A stretch of DNA of 64,000 bases from a bacterium (GCA_965261595.1 CBDHDG010000006.1:64001-128000), one strand, 5' to 3'; positions 1 to 10,515 are shown, counted from the first letter of the stretch. The notes: generated from the sequence alone by a model not told the origin. A program made the numbers and translations.

Positions 1-237
1 TACATTGAGCGGCAGAATTTGACCATGCGGATGCAGATGCGCCGCCTCACTCGGCTGACGAATGGATTCAGCAAAAAGCTGGATAACTTGAAGGCGGCCT
101 TGGCGTTACACTTCGCCTGGTACAATTTCGGGCGGATTCATCAGACCTTGAAGGTCACGCCCGCGATGGAATCGGGGATCACGGACCATCTGTGGGGATG
201 GGAAGATATCATGGATTGGTCAAACTAGACCACTACC
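1..237 (+). mobile_element. IS1-family element, 3' end (transposase C-terminus 1..228 plus right terminal IR)
   Basis: Frame from base 1 reads YIERQNLTMRMQMRRLTRLTNGFSKK...HFAWYNF...TPAM, an IS1-type transposase tail. TCAAACTAGACCACTACC (220-237) reads GGTAGTGGTCTAGTTTGA on the reverse strand, an IS1-like end. Confidence 0.8.
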
Positions 238-284
238 TCCCGATTCTCCGGCTTGCCGGGAAGGCGTCCGACCCACGCCGAAAG

Positions 285-926
285 TCACGCCCCGGGGCGG
301 CCTGACGGGGGCATGCGCGTCAGCCTGAAAAGAACCAACAATCCCTCTTCCCAGCGCTCGATCCCCAGCCCCCGCGCGGGCAGCGTATCGACGGCTTCGG
401 CGACCGTCATCGGACCCGTCTCGTGGAGGCCGCCGAACTCGGCGTGGACCTCGGCCAACAGGTCGAGACCGGCGGGGTTCATGTCCGCCACGACGACCCG
501 CCCCCCCGGGCGGCAGACGCGAATCATTTCCCCGACGGCCCGGGCGGGCTCAGTCATGTGGTGAATCAGGTTCGCCGACGCCACCAGGTCGAAGCTTTCT
601 TCCGGAAAAGGCAGCCGCGCGGCGTCCCCCTGGAGAAAGCGAATCCGGTCCTCCACCCCGGCCGCCCGCGCGTTGCGCCGGGCGACCTCGATCCCCTCCC
701 CTTCGAACTCGATGGTGGCGACCCCCGCCCCCCCCCTCCCTCCCTCTTTCGCGAGAAGAATGGCCAGACGCCCCGGCCCGGTTCCCACGTCCAGAACCTC
801 GCCCGCCACCGGCCGGCCGCATTCGACCACGCGGGACCGCATCGCGTCCACGTCGTAGCCCCGCTGCCGGAGCACGCGACGGCGGTCCTCCTGGTCGCCG
901 AATCCCTTTTCCACGCTATCGGCCAT
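285..926 (-). CDS. Class I SAM-dependent methyltransferase
   Basis: VLDVGTGPG motif I, GDAARLPFPEESFDLV and RVCRPGG; start placed at MADSV after a GAGGGAG RBS. Confidence 0.85.
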   Translation of the reverse strand: MADSVEKGFGDQEDRRRVLRQRGYDVDAMRSRVVECGRPVAGEVLDVGTGPGRLAILLAKEGGRGGAGVATIEFEGEGIEVARRNARAAGVEDRIRFLQGDAARLPFPEESFDLVASANLIHHMTEPARAVGEMIRVCRPGGRVVVADMNPAGLDLLAEVHAEFGGLHETGPMTVAEAVDTLPARGLGIERWEEGLLVLFRLTRMPPSGRPGA

Positions 927-1197
927 TCTCACTCCCTCACCCCGCGTTCGGCGGGCTTTCATCGACATGAAACTTCGGCCGCCCCTCATTCACGTATTGA
1001 CGCGGGACGCCGCTCCCCTTTACCGTTATTGATTGTGCCCGAATCGCCCGCAAACGGCAATCCGCCGCTCCCGGACGCGGATCCCGGCGGCCGGGCTCCA
1101 TCAGCGGACCCACCATCCGGCGGGCCGGGCCGGGTCCTTTGTGATTCGGGGGTCCACGTCCGCCCAATCCCCATCGCCTGGAAGGACCCATCCAAAG

Positions 1198-2061
1198 ATG
1201 TTCGGCCTTGATCTCCCGCTCTTCCTGGCCCTGTTCGCGTTCTCTTTCCAGGGCACGAGCGATTTCTTCCTCAAAAGCGGCGTCGTCCGGAAAGGAGACC
1301 CCTTTTCGATCATGGCGATGACGGTGCCGTCATTCATCCTGACATCGGCGGTTTTCGGCGCGGCCCTGGGCGCCCTCGAGTTCAACCGCACAACCTTTCT
1401 CTATGGGCCGATCACCGGCGTCATTTCTTTCATCGCGATGAACCTGTTCGTCACCAGCCTGAAGCACGGCGAGGCGTCGGTGAACACGATGCTGTTCCGG
1501 CTGAGCTTCATTGTCACATCTTTTCTCACCATCGGCTTTCTGGGGGAATCCGCCGGGTGGTCCAAGTGGCTGGGTCTCGCCCTGGCGACGGGGGCGGTTT
1601 GTTCCGTCGCCCTCGGGGGCGGCGCGTTGAGGGTCGGTTCCAACAAGGCGATCACCCTCGCTGTCGCCGCCCTTGTGAGTTATGGGATCAACGCCTTCTT
1701 TTTCAAGCTCGCCGCGCTGAACGGCGTCCAGGCGCCCGCGTTTTCGGTGGTGACCTCGACCTGCTTCGGACTGGTTTCAATCATCCTGCACTTCCTGCCG
1801 TTGAGGGGCTTCCGGTTCCAGGCCTCGCCCGCGGTTTTCCGGTACGGGCTGTTGACGGGATTTCTGATGGCGGTGATGTTCAATTGCATTGTCTGGGCGA
1901 TGTCCCTCGGCGCGGAGGCCAGCGTGGTCATGCCCATCCTTCAGCTCAGCTTTGTTCTGACCACCGCCATGGCCGTCATCAGTCTGAAAGAACCGGTGAA
2001 CGGCCGCAAAGCACTGGGTTTCGCGCTGGCGATTGCCGCCCTGATCGTCTTTGCCCTGTGA
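1198..2061 (+). CDS. EamA/DMT family transporter
   Basis: About 10 hydrophobic segments in two repeats (GEASV...FLGES and AEASVV...LKEP). Confidence 0.8.
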   Translation: MFGLDLPLFLALFAFSFQGTSDFFLKSGVVRKGDPFSIMAMTVPSFILTSAVFGAALGALEFNRTTFLYGPITGVISFIAMNLFVTSLKHGEASVNTMLFRLSFIVTSFLTIGFLGESAGWSKWLGLALATGAVCSVALGGGALRVGSNKAITLAVAALVSYGINAFFFKLAALNGVQAPAFSVVTSTCFGLVSIILHFLPLRGFRFQASPAVFRYGLLTGFLMAVMFNCIVWAMSLGAEASVVMPILQLSFVLTTAMAVISLKEPVNGRKALGFALAIAALIVFAL

Positions 2062-2071
2062 GCGCCGGCGC

Positions 2072-3274
2072 ATGAACCGCCATCTCCTCATCCCGGTGCT
2101 CACCCAAACCGCCGTGGGCGGCCTGTTCATCAATCTGGCCCCCGTGACCCCGCATCTCATCCGCGAGCTGGGCGCCACGTACGCCGATGTGGGCATGGTG
2201 ACCACCCTGTTCATCCTCGGCCAGGTCCTGGCCGGCCTTCTCGCCGGATATTTCTCCGACCGATTCGGCGTCAAGCGGATCTACGTGGCCGCGAACGTCT
2301 GCACCGTCCTTCTGGCCGTCCTCCTGGCCGGGGCGCAAACCATTCAACAAATCCTGTTCCTGCGGTTTTTTCTGGGGTTCGCGATGGGGACGCAGTTTGT
2401 CTTCGGGAGCAGTTACCTCGCCTTCTGGAGCCCGCCGGAGAAGACCGCGCTCTACCAGGGGATCTATGGAGGCGGGTTCAATTTCGGAATCGCCCTGTCC
2501 TTCTTCCTGGCGGCCCCGCAGGTGAGCTGGCTGGGCTGGCGCGGGGTGTACCTCGTCCCCGGCGTCGCCTGCTTCCTCTCCACCCTCTATCTCTGCGCGG
2601 CGGGCCGCGAGCCGGCGGACAAGCCGTCCGGGCAGACCCTTTCGCCGCGCGATTTTCGGCGCCTGCCGATTCAGTCGCTGTGTCTGCTCGGGGTGGGCAT
2701 GACCACGGCGTGGGCGACCTTTATCGTCCTGGGCGCCTGGCTGACAGAGTATCTGATGCTCGCCCAGCGGAGCGCATTCTGGCTGAGCTCGGTCCTGACG
2801 GGGATCAACGTGGCCGGAAGCGGGGTCGGGAGGATCCTGGGAGGGGCGGTGGCCCGCCCGGGACGGGAGACCCGGGCGGTTCTCTGGTTTTACGCCATCG
2901 TGATCGCGGCGGCCGCGGCGCTGCTGTTCTCCTCATCCGTTGTCGTCATTCTCATATTGGCGGCTCTCGTGGCGATGGTTTCCTCGATGGGTTTCGCCCC
3001 ATTGATGCGTCTGGCCATCCAGGTGGGCGGACCCCGCCTTCAGGGGACGGCGGTGGGGCTCGTCCTGGCGCTGGGGATGCTCATCGGGTCGGTCTTGCCG
3101 ACGCTGTTCGGCTGGGTCGTGGGAGTCACCGGCTCCTTCACGACGGGCTTTCTGGTGGTCCTCTCCGCCCCCTTGACGGGATTTCTGGCGATGCTTCGGT
3201 TTCAGTCCCGGTGCGCGCCCCCCCCCCCGGGCGAAAAGGGCCCTGATCCGGAGCTCCGGCCAAGCAAGTTGTGA
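2072..3274 (+). CDS. MFS transporter
   Basis: Motif A GYFSDRFGVKR, about 12 TM segments, WLGWR motif. Confidence 0.85.
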   Translation: MNRHLLIPVLTQTAVGGLFINLAPVTPHLIRELGATYADVGMVTTLFILGQVLAGLLAGYFSDRFGVKRIYVAANVCTVLLAVLLAGAQTIQQILFLRFFLGFAMGTQFVFGSSYLAFWSPPEKTALYQGIYGGGFNFGIALSFFLAAPQVSWLGWRGVYLVPGVACFLSTLYLCAAGREPADKPSGQTLSPRDFRRLPIQSLCLLGVGMTTAWATFIVLGAWLTEYLMLAQRSAFWLSSVLTGINVAGSGVGRILGGAVARPGRETRAVLWFYAIVIAAAAALLFSSSVVVILILAALVAMVSSMGFAPLMRLAIQVGGPRLQGTAVGLVLALGMLIGSVLPTLFGWVVGVTGSFTTGFLVVLSAPLTGFLAMLRFQSRCAPPPPGEKGPDPELRPSKL

Positions 3275-3467
3275 AGTGTCCATCTATTTTGGAGGGTCTA
3301 CACCAGCGGTGAGACTTCAGGTTCCGCCGGTTTTCTGATCGGTGCCTGGGGGGAGGGGGAGGAGACTTAGGTTCATCCGGCGTCTCCCCGATGAAGATCG
3401 GATTCGCGGCGGGATTGAACCGAAACGAGCGTCACAACCTCATCGCAATCAATTTTTCACCGACCCG

Positions 3468-3872
3468 CTATATCTCGACGTAGACGTCCCCGTCGCGCAA
3501 CGTGACCTCGAACTTCCGCAACCGCATCTTCCGGTTCGCCGGAAAAGCGCCCGTTTCGATGTCGTATTCGTATCCATGCCACGGGCAGACGATGTGGGTG
3601 TGCTCCTCTGAGAATTTCATGCCCAGGCTGGTCCTGTCGGGTGCCAGATTCTCTTCCACTCTCTGAAAGAGCTGACCCTGGCAAACCGGCCCTCCCTGGT
3701 GAGCGCAATGGTTCTCATATGCATAAAAATTCCCGTTCACGCGGAAGACGCCTATCTCCAAGGCGTCTTTCACGATGACTTTCCGGCTCCGCTCATCGAA
3801 ATCCGCTTCACTCCCCACATAAAGGTCGGGCACGTCGGGTCCTCCTCCGGTTCTCCGCTTCTGAAGTGACAA
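3468..3872 (-). CDS. Rieske [2Fe-2S] ferredoxin
   Basis: CAHQGGP and CPWHG ligand motifs; start codon uncertain. Confidence 0.85.
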   Translation of the reverse strand: MSLQKRRTGGGPDVPDLYVGSEADFDERSRKVIVKDALEIGVFRVNGNFYAYENHCAHQGGPVCQGQLFQRVEENLAPDRTSLGMKFSEEHTHIVCPWHGYEYDIETGAFPANRKMRLRKFEVTLRDGDVYVEI

Positions 3873-3943
3873 CTGTGGCGTCCCGCCCCCTCCTCCGCCG
3901 CTCTCCGCTTTACGGGGTCACGGGGAGGGGGGGGGGAGGCGGG

Positions 3944-5152
3944 TCATTTGCCGTCCGGTCTGTCCAGATGAAAAAGTTTCAACGCCGTCTCGCCCAGGAT
4001 GTTTCGCTTGGCCTGATCGGAAAGGAAGGGCAGATCGAAGATCGTACTGGGCAAATCAAAATCCTGATGCGGCCAATCCGAGGCGTAGAGCAACTGGGTC
4101 TCGGCCTTCATCATCTTCATCGTCAGCTCGAGCGCCTCCAGGTTGTGCCGCTCCATCGGCTGGGAGGAAAAAAACATCTCGCGGATATACTCGCTCGGCA
4201 GCCGTTTCAGCGCCGGGGCCTCCGAGGAGCGCAACATGTACTCGCTGTCGAGCCTTTGCATGATGAAGGGGATCCAGGACAGGCCGCTCTCGAGCCAGAT
4301 GACCTTGAGCTTGGGAAAGCGCTCCGGGAGGCCGTTGAGCACCCAGTTGACCAGATGCACGAGGTTCCACAAAACGAAGGCCACGCAGTGCATGCCGACG
4401 AACTGGTTGAACAGCGCCATGGCCGGCTCATGCCAATAGTACCCCCCGTGGAAGGCGAGCGGCAGACCCCGCTCCTCCAGCGCCGCGTACACCTTCATGT
4501 ATTGATTTTCCTGGATGGCCTTGTTCCGCACGCTGGTCACCATGAACCCGATGACACCGGGCTCCTCGCCGAATTCCTCGATCACCTTCAGGGACGCCAC
4601 CGGATCGCTGATGGGCAGGTAGAGCATCGATTTGATCCGGTTATCGGCCTTGAGGAGATTCTCCACCATCCACCGGTTGTGCGCCCGTCCCAGGAGGACC
4701 TCCATGTGGAGCTGCGGGTGCGTGCCGAGGCTCAGCATCGGCGTCGGGAAAACAACCTGGTAGTCGAGGCCCATGCTCTCCATGGCGCGCCGGGTGAGGA
4801 CAACGTCGCGGTGGACGTCCGTCTCCTCGACGGTTTCATTCCGGGCCGTGTCGTGGGGGATGCGGCCGCCGACATCCTGGTAGGTCATTCCGCGATCGCC
4901 GATCAGGCCGTAGGGATTGGCCTTCTGCGACGTGACGGCCTGGGAGCGAATCACCGGATCTTCGATATACTCGCAAATCTCGCCCCAGTGGACGGTCTCG
5001 ATGTGGTGGGCGTCAACATCGAAGATCACGTAGTCCTGATAATTCCGCTCTTCCGCCTGCTGCCTGGCGTTCGCCAGGATCTCGCGCGTGTCCGTGTGGA
5101 CGTCGATCTGCTGGATCGGGACCTCATGGATCTTTTCGGTTCGTTGAGCCAT
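3944..5152 (-). CDS. Amidohydrolase-2 fold metalloenzyme, possibly a dinuclear oxygenase
   Basis: DVDAHH, LAFH, WLESG and ASDWPH motifs; NILGETA tail. Confidence 0.85.
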   Translation of the reverse strand: MAQRTEKIHEVPIQQIDVHTDTREILANARQQAEERNYQDYVIFDVDAHHIETVHWGEICEYIEDPVIRSQAVTSQKANPYGLIGDRGMTYQDVGGRIPHDTARNETVEETDVHRDVVLTRRAMESMGLDYQVVFPTPMLSLGTHPQLHMEVLLGRAHNRWMVENLLKADNRIKSMLYLPISDPVASLKVIEEFGEEPGVIGFMVTSVRNKAIQENQYMKVYAALEERGLPLAFHGGYYWHEPAMALFNQFVGMHCVAFVLWNLVHLVNWVLNGLPERFPKLKVIWLESGLSWIPFIMQRLDSEYMLRSSEAPALKRLPSEYIREMFFSSQPMERHNLEALELTMKMMKAETQLLYASDWPHQDFDLPSTIFDLPFLSDQAKRNILGETALKLFHLDRPDGK

Positions 5153-5333
5153 CTTCCTCTCCCCACACAACCTCACACACCCGCCTTGCCTTTGCCCATC
5201 CGAGGCCCCAGGCGGTCCCTACCCCCACGAGGTGATTCTATCCCAGGGGCCTCTTCGGCACGAGGATTTCTTCCTCATCAAAAAACGCGGCGCCGGGCAA
5301 ACATCCCGGTACCGCGCCCCCTCCATCTCCATC

Positions 5334-6335
5334 TCAGTCCTTTGCGATGAAGTCGTTCGTATAGTAGCTATCCAGCGGCATCACCTTCTTGAGCTTGCCG
5401 ACCTTCGTCAAAAGGGCCAGCGTGTCTTTCCAGTCGGCCCGGGACATCCAGCCGAGGGGCTTGCCTTTCGACCGCTTTGTATGCAGGTCATTCAACCCCC
5501 CCACCAGGATCTTCGTGGCGGTTTTCCGGTTGCCAATCGTGAGGGGGGCCCGCTTCATGAGGATTGTCACGGTCTCCTTCGGATTCGCCATGGACCGCTT
5601 GAACCCCCTTGCGGTGGCCCGGACGAACTTCCGGATCATCCCGGCCCTCTCCTTGAGCGTCTTCTCAGTCGCCATGAGGCCGGCGCCGAGGGCGTTCACA
5701 TTGTAGTCGGCGTACCGCATGGGGCTGACTTTCCCACCCGCGGCGCGGAGCTGGGGGACGCCGGTGGCGGGATATGCGACCAGGGCGTCCACATCGCCGG
5801 TGAGGATGAGCTTGTTGCGGGCCGACGGCTGCGCGCTCACCAGGGTGATCTTCTTCATGTCCACGCCGTTGACTTTGGCGAAGACGGGGAACAGGAGCCA
5901 TCCGCTGTCCGCCGGCGAGAAAGCGAGACGTTTCCCTTCCAGGTCTTTGGGGGTTTTGATCGCGGCCTTCGTCAGGGTGATGATCCCCAACGGGCTTCGC
6001 TGGAGGTAGCAGAAGAACCCCTTGATCGGGATATTCCGGGAGATGGCCATGGACATCGCCCCGAAGTCGGAGATGCCGATGTCCATCTTTCCGGCCGCGA
6101 CCATCTGGATAGCGTGCGCCGACCCCTTGCCCACGGGGAAATCGACGTCCAGACCCTCCGCCTTGTAGTAGCCGTTCTCCAGGGCGGTCAGGAAGGGGCC
6201 TACATTGGCCGTAACGACCCAGTAGTTCTGGAACGTGACCTTCTCCGCCGAATGAGCGGAGACCCCCAGGGCGAGGACCAGTCCGAAAATGAGCGTCCCG
6301 AAGACCCGTGCGAATCCGCCTCTCGCGTATTTCAT
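5334..6335 (-). CDS. ABC substrate-binding protein, NMT1/THI5/SsuA-like
   Basis: Signal peptide, GYYKAEGLDV, IKTPKDLEGK, YTNDF tail. Confidence 0.85.
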   Translation of the reverse strand: MKYARGGFARVFGTLIFGLVLALGVSAHSAEKVTFQNYWVVTANVGPFLTALENGYYKAEGLDVDFPVGKGSAHAIQMVAAGKMDIGISDFGAMSMAISRNIPIKGFFCYLQRSPLGIITLTKAAIKTPKDLEGKRLAFSPADSGWLLFPVFAKVNGVDMKKITLVSAQPSARNKLILTGDVDALVAYPATGVPQLRAAGGKVSPMRYADYNVNALGAGLMATEKTLKERAGMIRKFVRATARGFKRSMANPKETVTILMKRAPLTIGNRKTATKILVGGLNDLHTKRSKGKPLGWMSRADWKDTLALLTKVGKLKKVMPLDSYYTNDFIAKD

Positions 6336-6604
6336 GTCGATACCCCCTCTTTTGTTCGACTGAAAGAAACCGATCCTTCCACCTGAAGCGTTACCACGCG
6401 GAGAACCTTTGCGCGTTGCAAACCGGGAGAATTCATCCGCGAATCCCGGCCCCTTGCCAGGGGAATCCCCGCTTCCCATCCGCCCTCCTGTCGCCCATGC
6501 GGTGTGGTCCAATGATAAGGGTTTCCTCCCGACTGTCAACCATCTTTCCACCAGTGCGGACCTTCCCGGCCCGACCCGTCATGGGTGTTCACCCCTCTTC
6601 CGGC

Positions 6605-7455
6605 TCATGCGGACGATGTCTCGGGCGGGTCGGTCCGCCGATAGGTCTCCAAACCCGGACGGTATTCGCCCGTCATGAACTGTCCGACGCCCTCCTTCAG
6701 CCATTCGCCCTTCTGAAGGTGCGTGACCTCCCGGCTTTTCGTCAACGCCAGGGACAGGGCTTCGTCGTAGCCCATGTTCAGGCTCAGCTTGAAAAGCTCC
6801 TTGGCGGCCCGCATCGCGACGGGATTTTTGCTCTTGAGGAGGCCGGCCAGTTTCCGGACCTCCCCGGGAAGCTCCCGGGGGGAACCGCTTCGTTCACCAG
6901 GCCCATCTCGGCCGCCCGCCGTCCACCGAAGCTTTTCCCGGTCAACCCGATGTAATACAGCGCATCACGCGGGCGCATGCACTCCCCGACGACCTTCGCC
7001 ACCGGGCCGGCGGGGATGCCGCCGAAGTTGATCTCCGAAATCCCGAACACCGCCTCCTCGGCGGCGATGGCCAGATCACAGGCCGCGACGATGGGGATCC
7101 CGCCGCCGAAGCACCATCCGTTGACGACGGCGATGGTGGGTTTGGGGAACATCCGCAGCTTCTCGCCCCGCCACTCCTGGGCCATGTTCTGCATCCGGTC
7201 CCATTCGATCGGGTTGTCCTGGAGATCCTGGAAGCACTCTTTCAGGTCCATCCAGGCGCAGAAGCTGTCGCCCGCCCCCATGAGGATCAGGACCTGGGCG
7301 GCCGGATCGTAGCGGAGCCGGTCCAAAACGCTCAGCATCTCTTCGTTCAGCGCGGGATTCAAGGCGTTCTTCTTCTCGGGCCGGTTCAAGGTGATCGTGG
7401 CGACGCCGTCGTCCATCGCCAGCCGGATGGTCTGATAATCCGGATGCGTTTCCAT
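6605..7455 (-). pseudogene. Crotonase resembling hydroxycinnamoyl-CoA hydratase/lyase (Ech/FerB-like), frameshifted near 6875
   Basis: LNRPEKKNA, GWCFGGG, SEINFG. The C-terminus (...EGVGQFMTGEYRPGLETYRR) lies in another frame after the C/G run at ~6874-6882. May be a sequencing error. Confidence 0.75.
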
Positions 7456-7512
7456 GATTTGAAAGCCCCCTCTTTCTCGGTTGTTCAGTCATCAAATCGA
7501 AGGGCGCCGGCC

Positions 7513-9057
7513 TCAGCCTTCGGGATCAACGCTCTTCTTCAGCGTCTCGATGGAGACCTTCCCCAGGTTCCCGCGGGGGAGCCCGGCCATCACATGAATC
7601 CGCTTCGGGCGCTTGAAGCGCGACAACTGGGCGGCGCAGTGCTCCAGCAGGTCTTCCGGCGACAGCGTCTCGCCCCGCTTGGGCGCAACGGCCGCGTGAA
7701 CCGCCTCGCCCCACTTGGGGTCCGGAACCCCGAAGACGGCGGCCTCCCGGACGTGGGGATGGGCCAGGAGCGCGGCCTCGATTTCGTCCGGAAAGATGCT
7801 GCGACCCCCGGACTTGATGAGGTTCTTGATCCGGCCGCGCACGTAAACGTATCCCTCCCGGTCAACGCACCCGACATCTCCGGTCCTGAACCACTCGCCG
7901 AAGAACGCGGCGGAGGCGGCCTCGGGATTCCGGTAATAGCCATCGGAAGCGAGCGGCCCCCGGCAGACGATCTCCCCGATCTCCCCGGCGGGGAGGTCCC
8001 GCCCGTTCGGGTCCGCGATCTTCAGCTCCATCCCCCAGATGGCCCGGCCCGCCCGCGTCGGATCGCCTTCCATCTCCTCGGGCCGCAGGACCGTCATGAT
8101 GCCGGTGTCCACGGAGGCATAGGTTTGATAGAGGTTCGGGCTGATCTTCCCCCGAATCTCCCGCCGCAAATCCATCGGGATCGACGACCCGGTGTTTCTC
8201 ATCGACCGAAGCGCGCTTCCGTCGAAATCCACCGAATCCACCGCATCCACGAGGGATTGAAAGGCCGTGGGGACCAGGCTGAACGTCGTCACCTTCTCGC
8301 GCGTCACGATATCGAGGAACCGGACGGGATCGAATCTGGGCTCCAGGATAACGCTCGCCCCGAGCGCCAGGCAGGCGAAGGTCGATCCCCGGCCGGCCCC
8401 GAGAAAAAGCGGCAGCCCCACCACCTCCAACTCATCGGAACCCATCTTGAATTCCGCCGAGTAGGAGATACACCGGTAGAGGTAAGCCCCGTGACTGACA
8501 ACGCACCCCTTCGGCGTCCCCGTCGTCCCCGAGGTCAGCATGACCATGAAGGGGTCCCGCTCGGAGACGGTCACCTCGGGCGGGCTGTCCTCCTCCCGCT
8601 CAATCAGGTCTTCATGCCGAAGGCCGGCGTCTTGGGTCCGGTCCCCGACGACGACAAGGTTGAAGGCGTCCGCACCGCGCCCCCCGGCCCCTCCCTTCCC
8701 CTCCCCCTCCAGGCTCCGGAGAAGATTCTCCGCCGCCGCCTCTTCGACCACGAACGTCGAGACGCCGAAGAATACGGCCAAGCGGGAGAATTCGGCCGCT
8801 GTCCCGGCCGGGTCGATCGGAACGCCGACCGCGCCGGCCTTGGCCACGGCGAACGCCGCCTCCAGGTGCTCGACCCGGTTGCCGAGAACGATCCCGACCA
8901 GGTCCCCTTTGCGAACGTTCAAGGACAAAAGACCCCGGGCGAGACGGTTGGCGCGACGCTCGAGGGCTTCGTAGGTGACCGACCGCCGGGGATCCCGCGC
9001 GGCCATTTTCTCCGGAAACCGGGCTGCGTGAATTCTGGGCAAGAGACCGATGTGCAC
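7513..9057 (-). CDS. Acyl-CoA synthetase (AMP-binding, class I adenylate-forming)
   Basis: LTSGTTGTPKG, WFRTGDVG, GVPDPKWGE, RFKRPK. Confidence 0.9.
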   Translation of the reverse strand: MHIGLLPRIHAARFPEKMAARDPRRSVTYEALERRANRLARGLLSLNVRKGDLVGIVLGNRVEHLEAAFAVAKAGAVGVPIDPAGTAAEFSRLAVFFGVSTFVVEEAAAENLLRSLEGEGKGGAGGRGADAFNLVVVGDRTQDAGLRHEDLIEREEDSPPEVTVSERDPFMVMLTSGTTGTPKGCVVSHGAYLYRCISYSAEFKMGSDELEVVGLPLFLGAGRGSTFACLALGASVILEPRFDPVRFLDIVTREKVTTFSLVPTAFQSLVDAVDSVDFDGSALRSMRNTGSSIPMDLRREIRGKISPNLYQTYASVDTGIMTVLRPEEMEGDPTRAGRAIWGMELKIADPNGRDLPAGEIGEIVCRGPLASDGYYRNPEAASAAFFGEWFRTGDVGCVDREGYVYVRGRIKNLIKSGGRSIFPDEIEAALLAHPHVREAAVFGVPDPKWGEAVHAAVAPKRGETLSPEDLLEHCAAQLSRFKRPKRIHVMAGLPRGNLGKVSIETLKKSVDPEG

Positions 9058-9238
9058 GGGTCATCGCCTCCGTAAAACCCGGATCTTGGGTCATCAAAGG
9101 AAGGAGAGGCCCTCACGGGCGAGCCACAGCCGGGGCCGCGTCCCGGGGCGGAAAATTCGGTCCGCCAACCGAACGGTCCTCCGACCGGAACGGTCCACCG
9201 ACCGGGGGCACCCTCCGGAGGAGGCCCTGCGTGAAAGA

Positions 9239-10432
9239 TCAGGAAACCGCCGAGCCCTCCGGCTCCTCGCCCACGGCGTCGTCGCCGCGCGCCCGCTTCT
9301 TGGCGGTGGGGGCGTAGCCCCCCGACTTCATCTTCGAGGCCACGTCCAGGATCGCCTTCATCGAGTCCGGCACGCCGCCCGGGTAGGCGTCGTCCGGACA
9401 CCGGCTGTCGCGCATGTACGTGCACGGACGGCACTCGATGCAGCGGAGGATTTCATCCCCCCTTCCGGCGAGCGCCTTGCGGGTATAGTGCGGGTCGGTC
9501 AGCATCCCTCGCGCGACGGCGACGAAGTCCGCCTCCATCTCCATGTACCCCTCGATCCGGCCGGGGTCGAAGGCCGCCCCGTTGGCGACGAGGGGAACGT
9601 CCACGGTCCGGCGGAGCCGGGCGAACGCCGGGTTGTAGAGATCCGGGCCGACGGGGACGCCGACGCGGGCGTTCCGGGAGCAGTGGAGGATGTCCACCCC
9701 GGCCTCGACCAGCGCCGGGGCCAACGCCAGGGTGTCCTCGACGGTGTAGCCGTCCTCCCAGGGCTCCAGCAGGCCCAGGCGGTAGCTGATGACCATGTCC
9801 TCCCCGGCGGCCTCCCGGACGGCCCGGGCCACTTCGAGCGGGAAGCGCATCCGGTTCTCCAGGCCGCCGCCGTACTCGTCCGTCCGCCGGTTGGACGCGG
9901 GCGAGAAGAACTGCTGGCAGAGGTACCAGGTGGCGCCGTGGATTTCGACCACCTCGATCCCCGCCTCCCGGGCCCGCCGGGCGGCCTCGCCGTAAGCGGC
10001 CACGGCGGTTTTCACCTCTTCCGTGGAGAGCTCGCGGGGAACCTCGTCTTCGGTGGGATGGGGAATGGGAGAAGGCCCGACGATCGGCATCCCCGATATG
10101 GCGCTCAAGGCCGTCCGGCCGGCGTGGAAGATCTGCAGCCCCAAAGGCGCGTCCGCCGTCCGGACCTCCTCCGCCAACCGCTTCAGGGGGGGGACGAGGG
10201 CGTCGTCGTGCGCGCCGAGCTGATCGGGAAAGCCCTTCCCTTCCGGGGTGACATGGACGGCTTCGGTGAAGCAAACGGCGGCGGCGCCGCGCGCCCGTTC
10301 CGTGTAATGGGCGAACGTCCAGTCCGACGGACTGCCGTCCTTGTTGGCCCGGGAGGTCGTCATGGCGGACATGAGGATGCGATTCTTCAGCCGAAGACCG
10401 CGGATCTCTATGGGGTCGGTGAACTTCGCCAT
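9239..10432 (-). CDS. NADH:flavin oxidoreductase (Old Yellow Enzyme family) with C-terminal Cys cluster
   Basis: LKNRILMSAM, EIHGATWYL, NRRTDEYGG, RCIECRPC...C. Confidence 0.9.
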   Translation of the reverse strand: MAKFTDPIEIRGLRLKNRILMSAMTTSRANKDGSPSDWTFAHYTERARGAAAVCFTEAVHVTPEGKGFPDQLGAHDDALVPPLKRLAEEVRTADAPLGLQIFHAGRTALSAISGMPIVGPSPIPHPTEDEVPRELSTEEVKTAVAAYGEAARRAREAGIEVVEIHGATWYLCQQFFSPASNRRTDEYGGGLENRMRFPLEVARAVREAAGEDMVISYRLGLLEPWEDGYTVEDTLALAPALVEAGVDILHCSRNARVGVPVGPDLYNPAFARLRRTVDVPLVANGAAFDPGRIEGYMEMEADFVAVARGMLTDPHYTRKALAGRGDEILRCIECRPCTYMRDSRCPDDAYPGGVPDSMKAILDVASKMKSGGYAPTAKKRARGDDAVGEEPEGSAVS

Positions 10433-10515
10433 CGATGCCTCCTCTCACTGCCTCGGGGACGAATTCCGGCGGCGGAGCGCGGAAGGCGATGGCCGCAACT
10501 TCCCCCCGGATTCCC

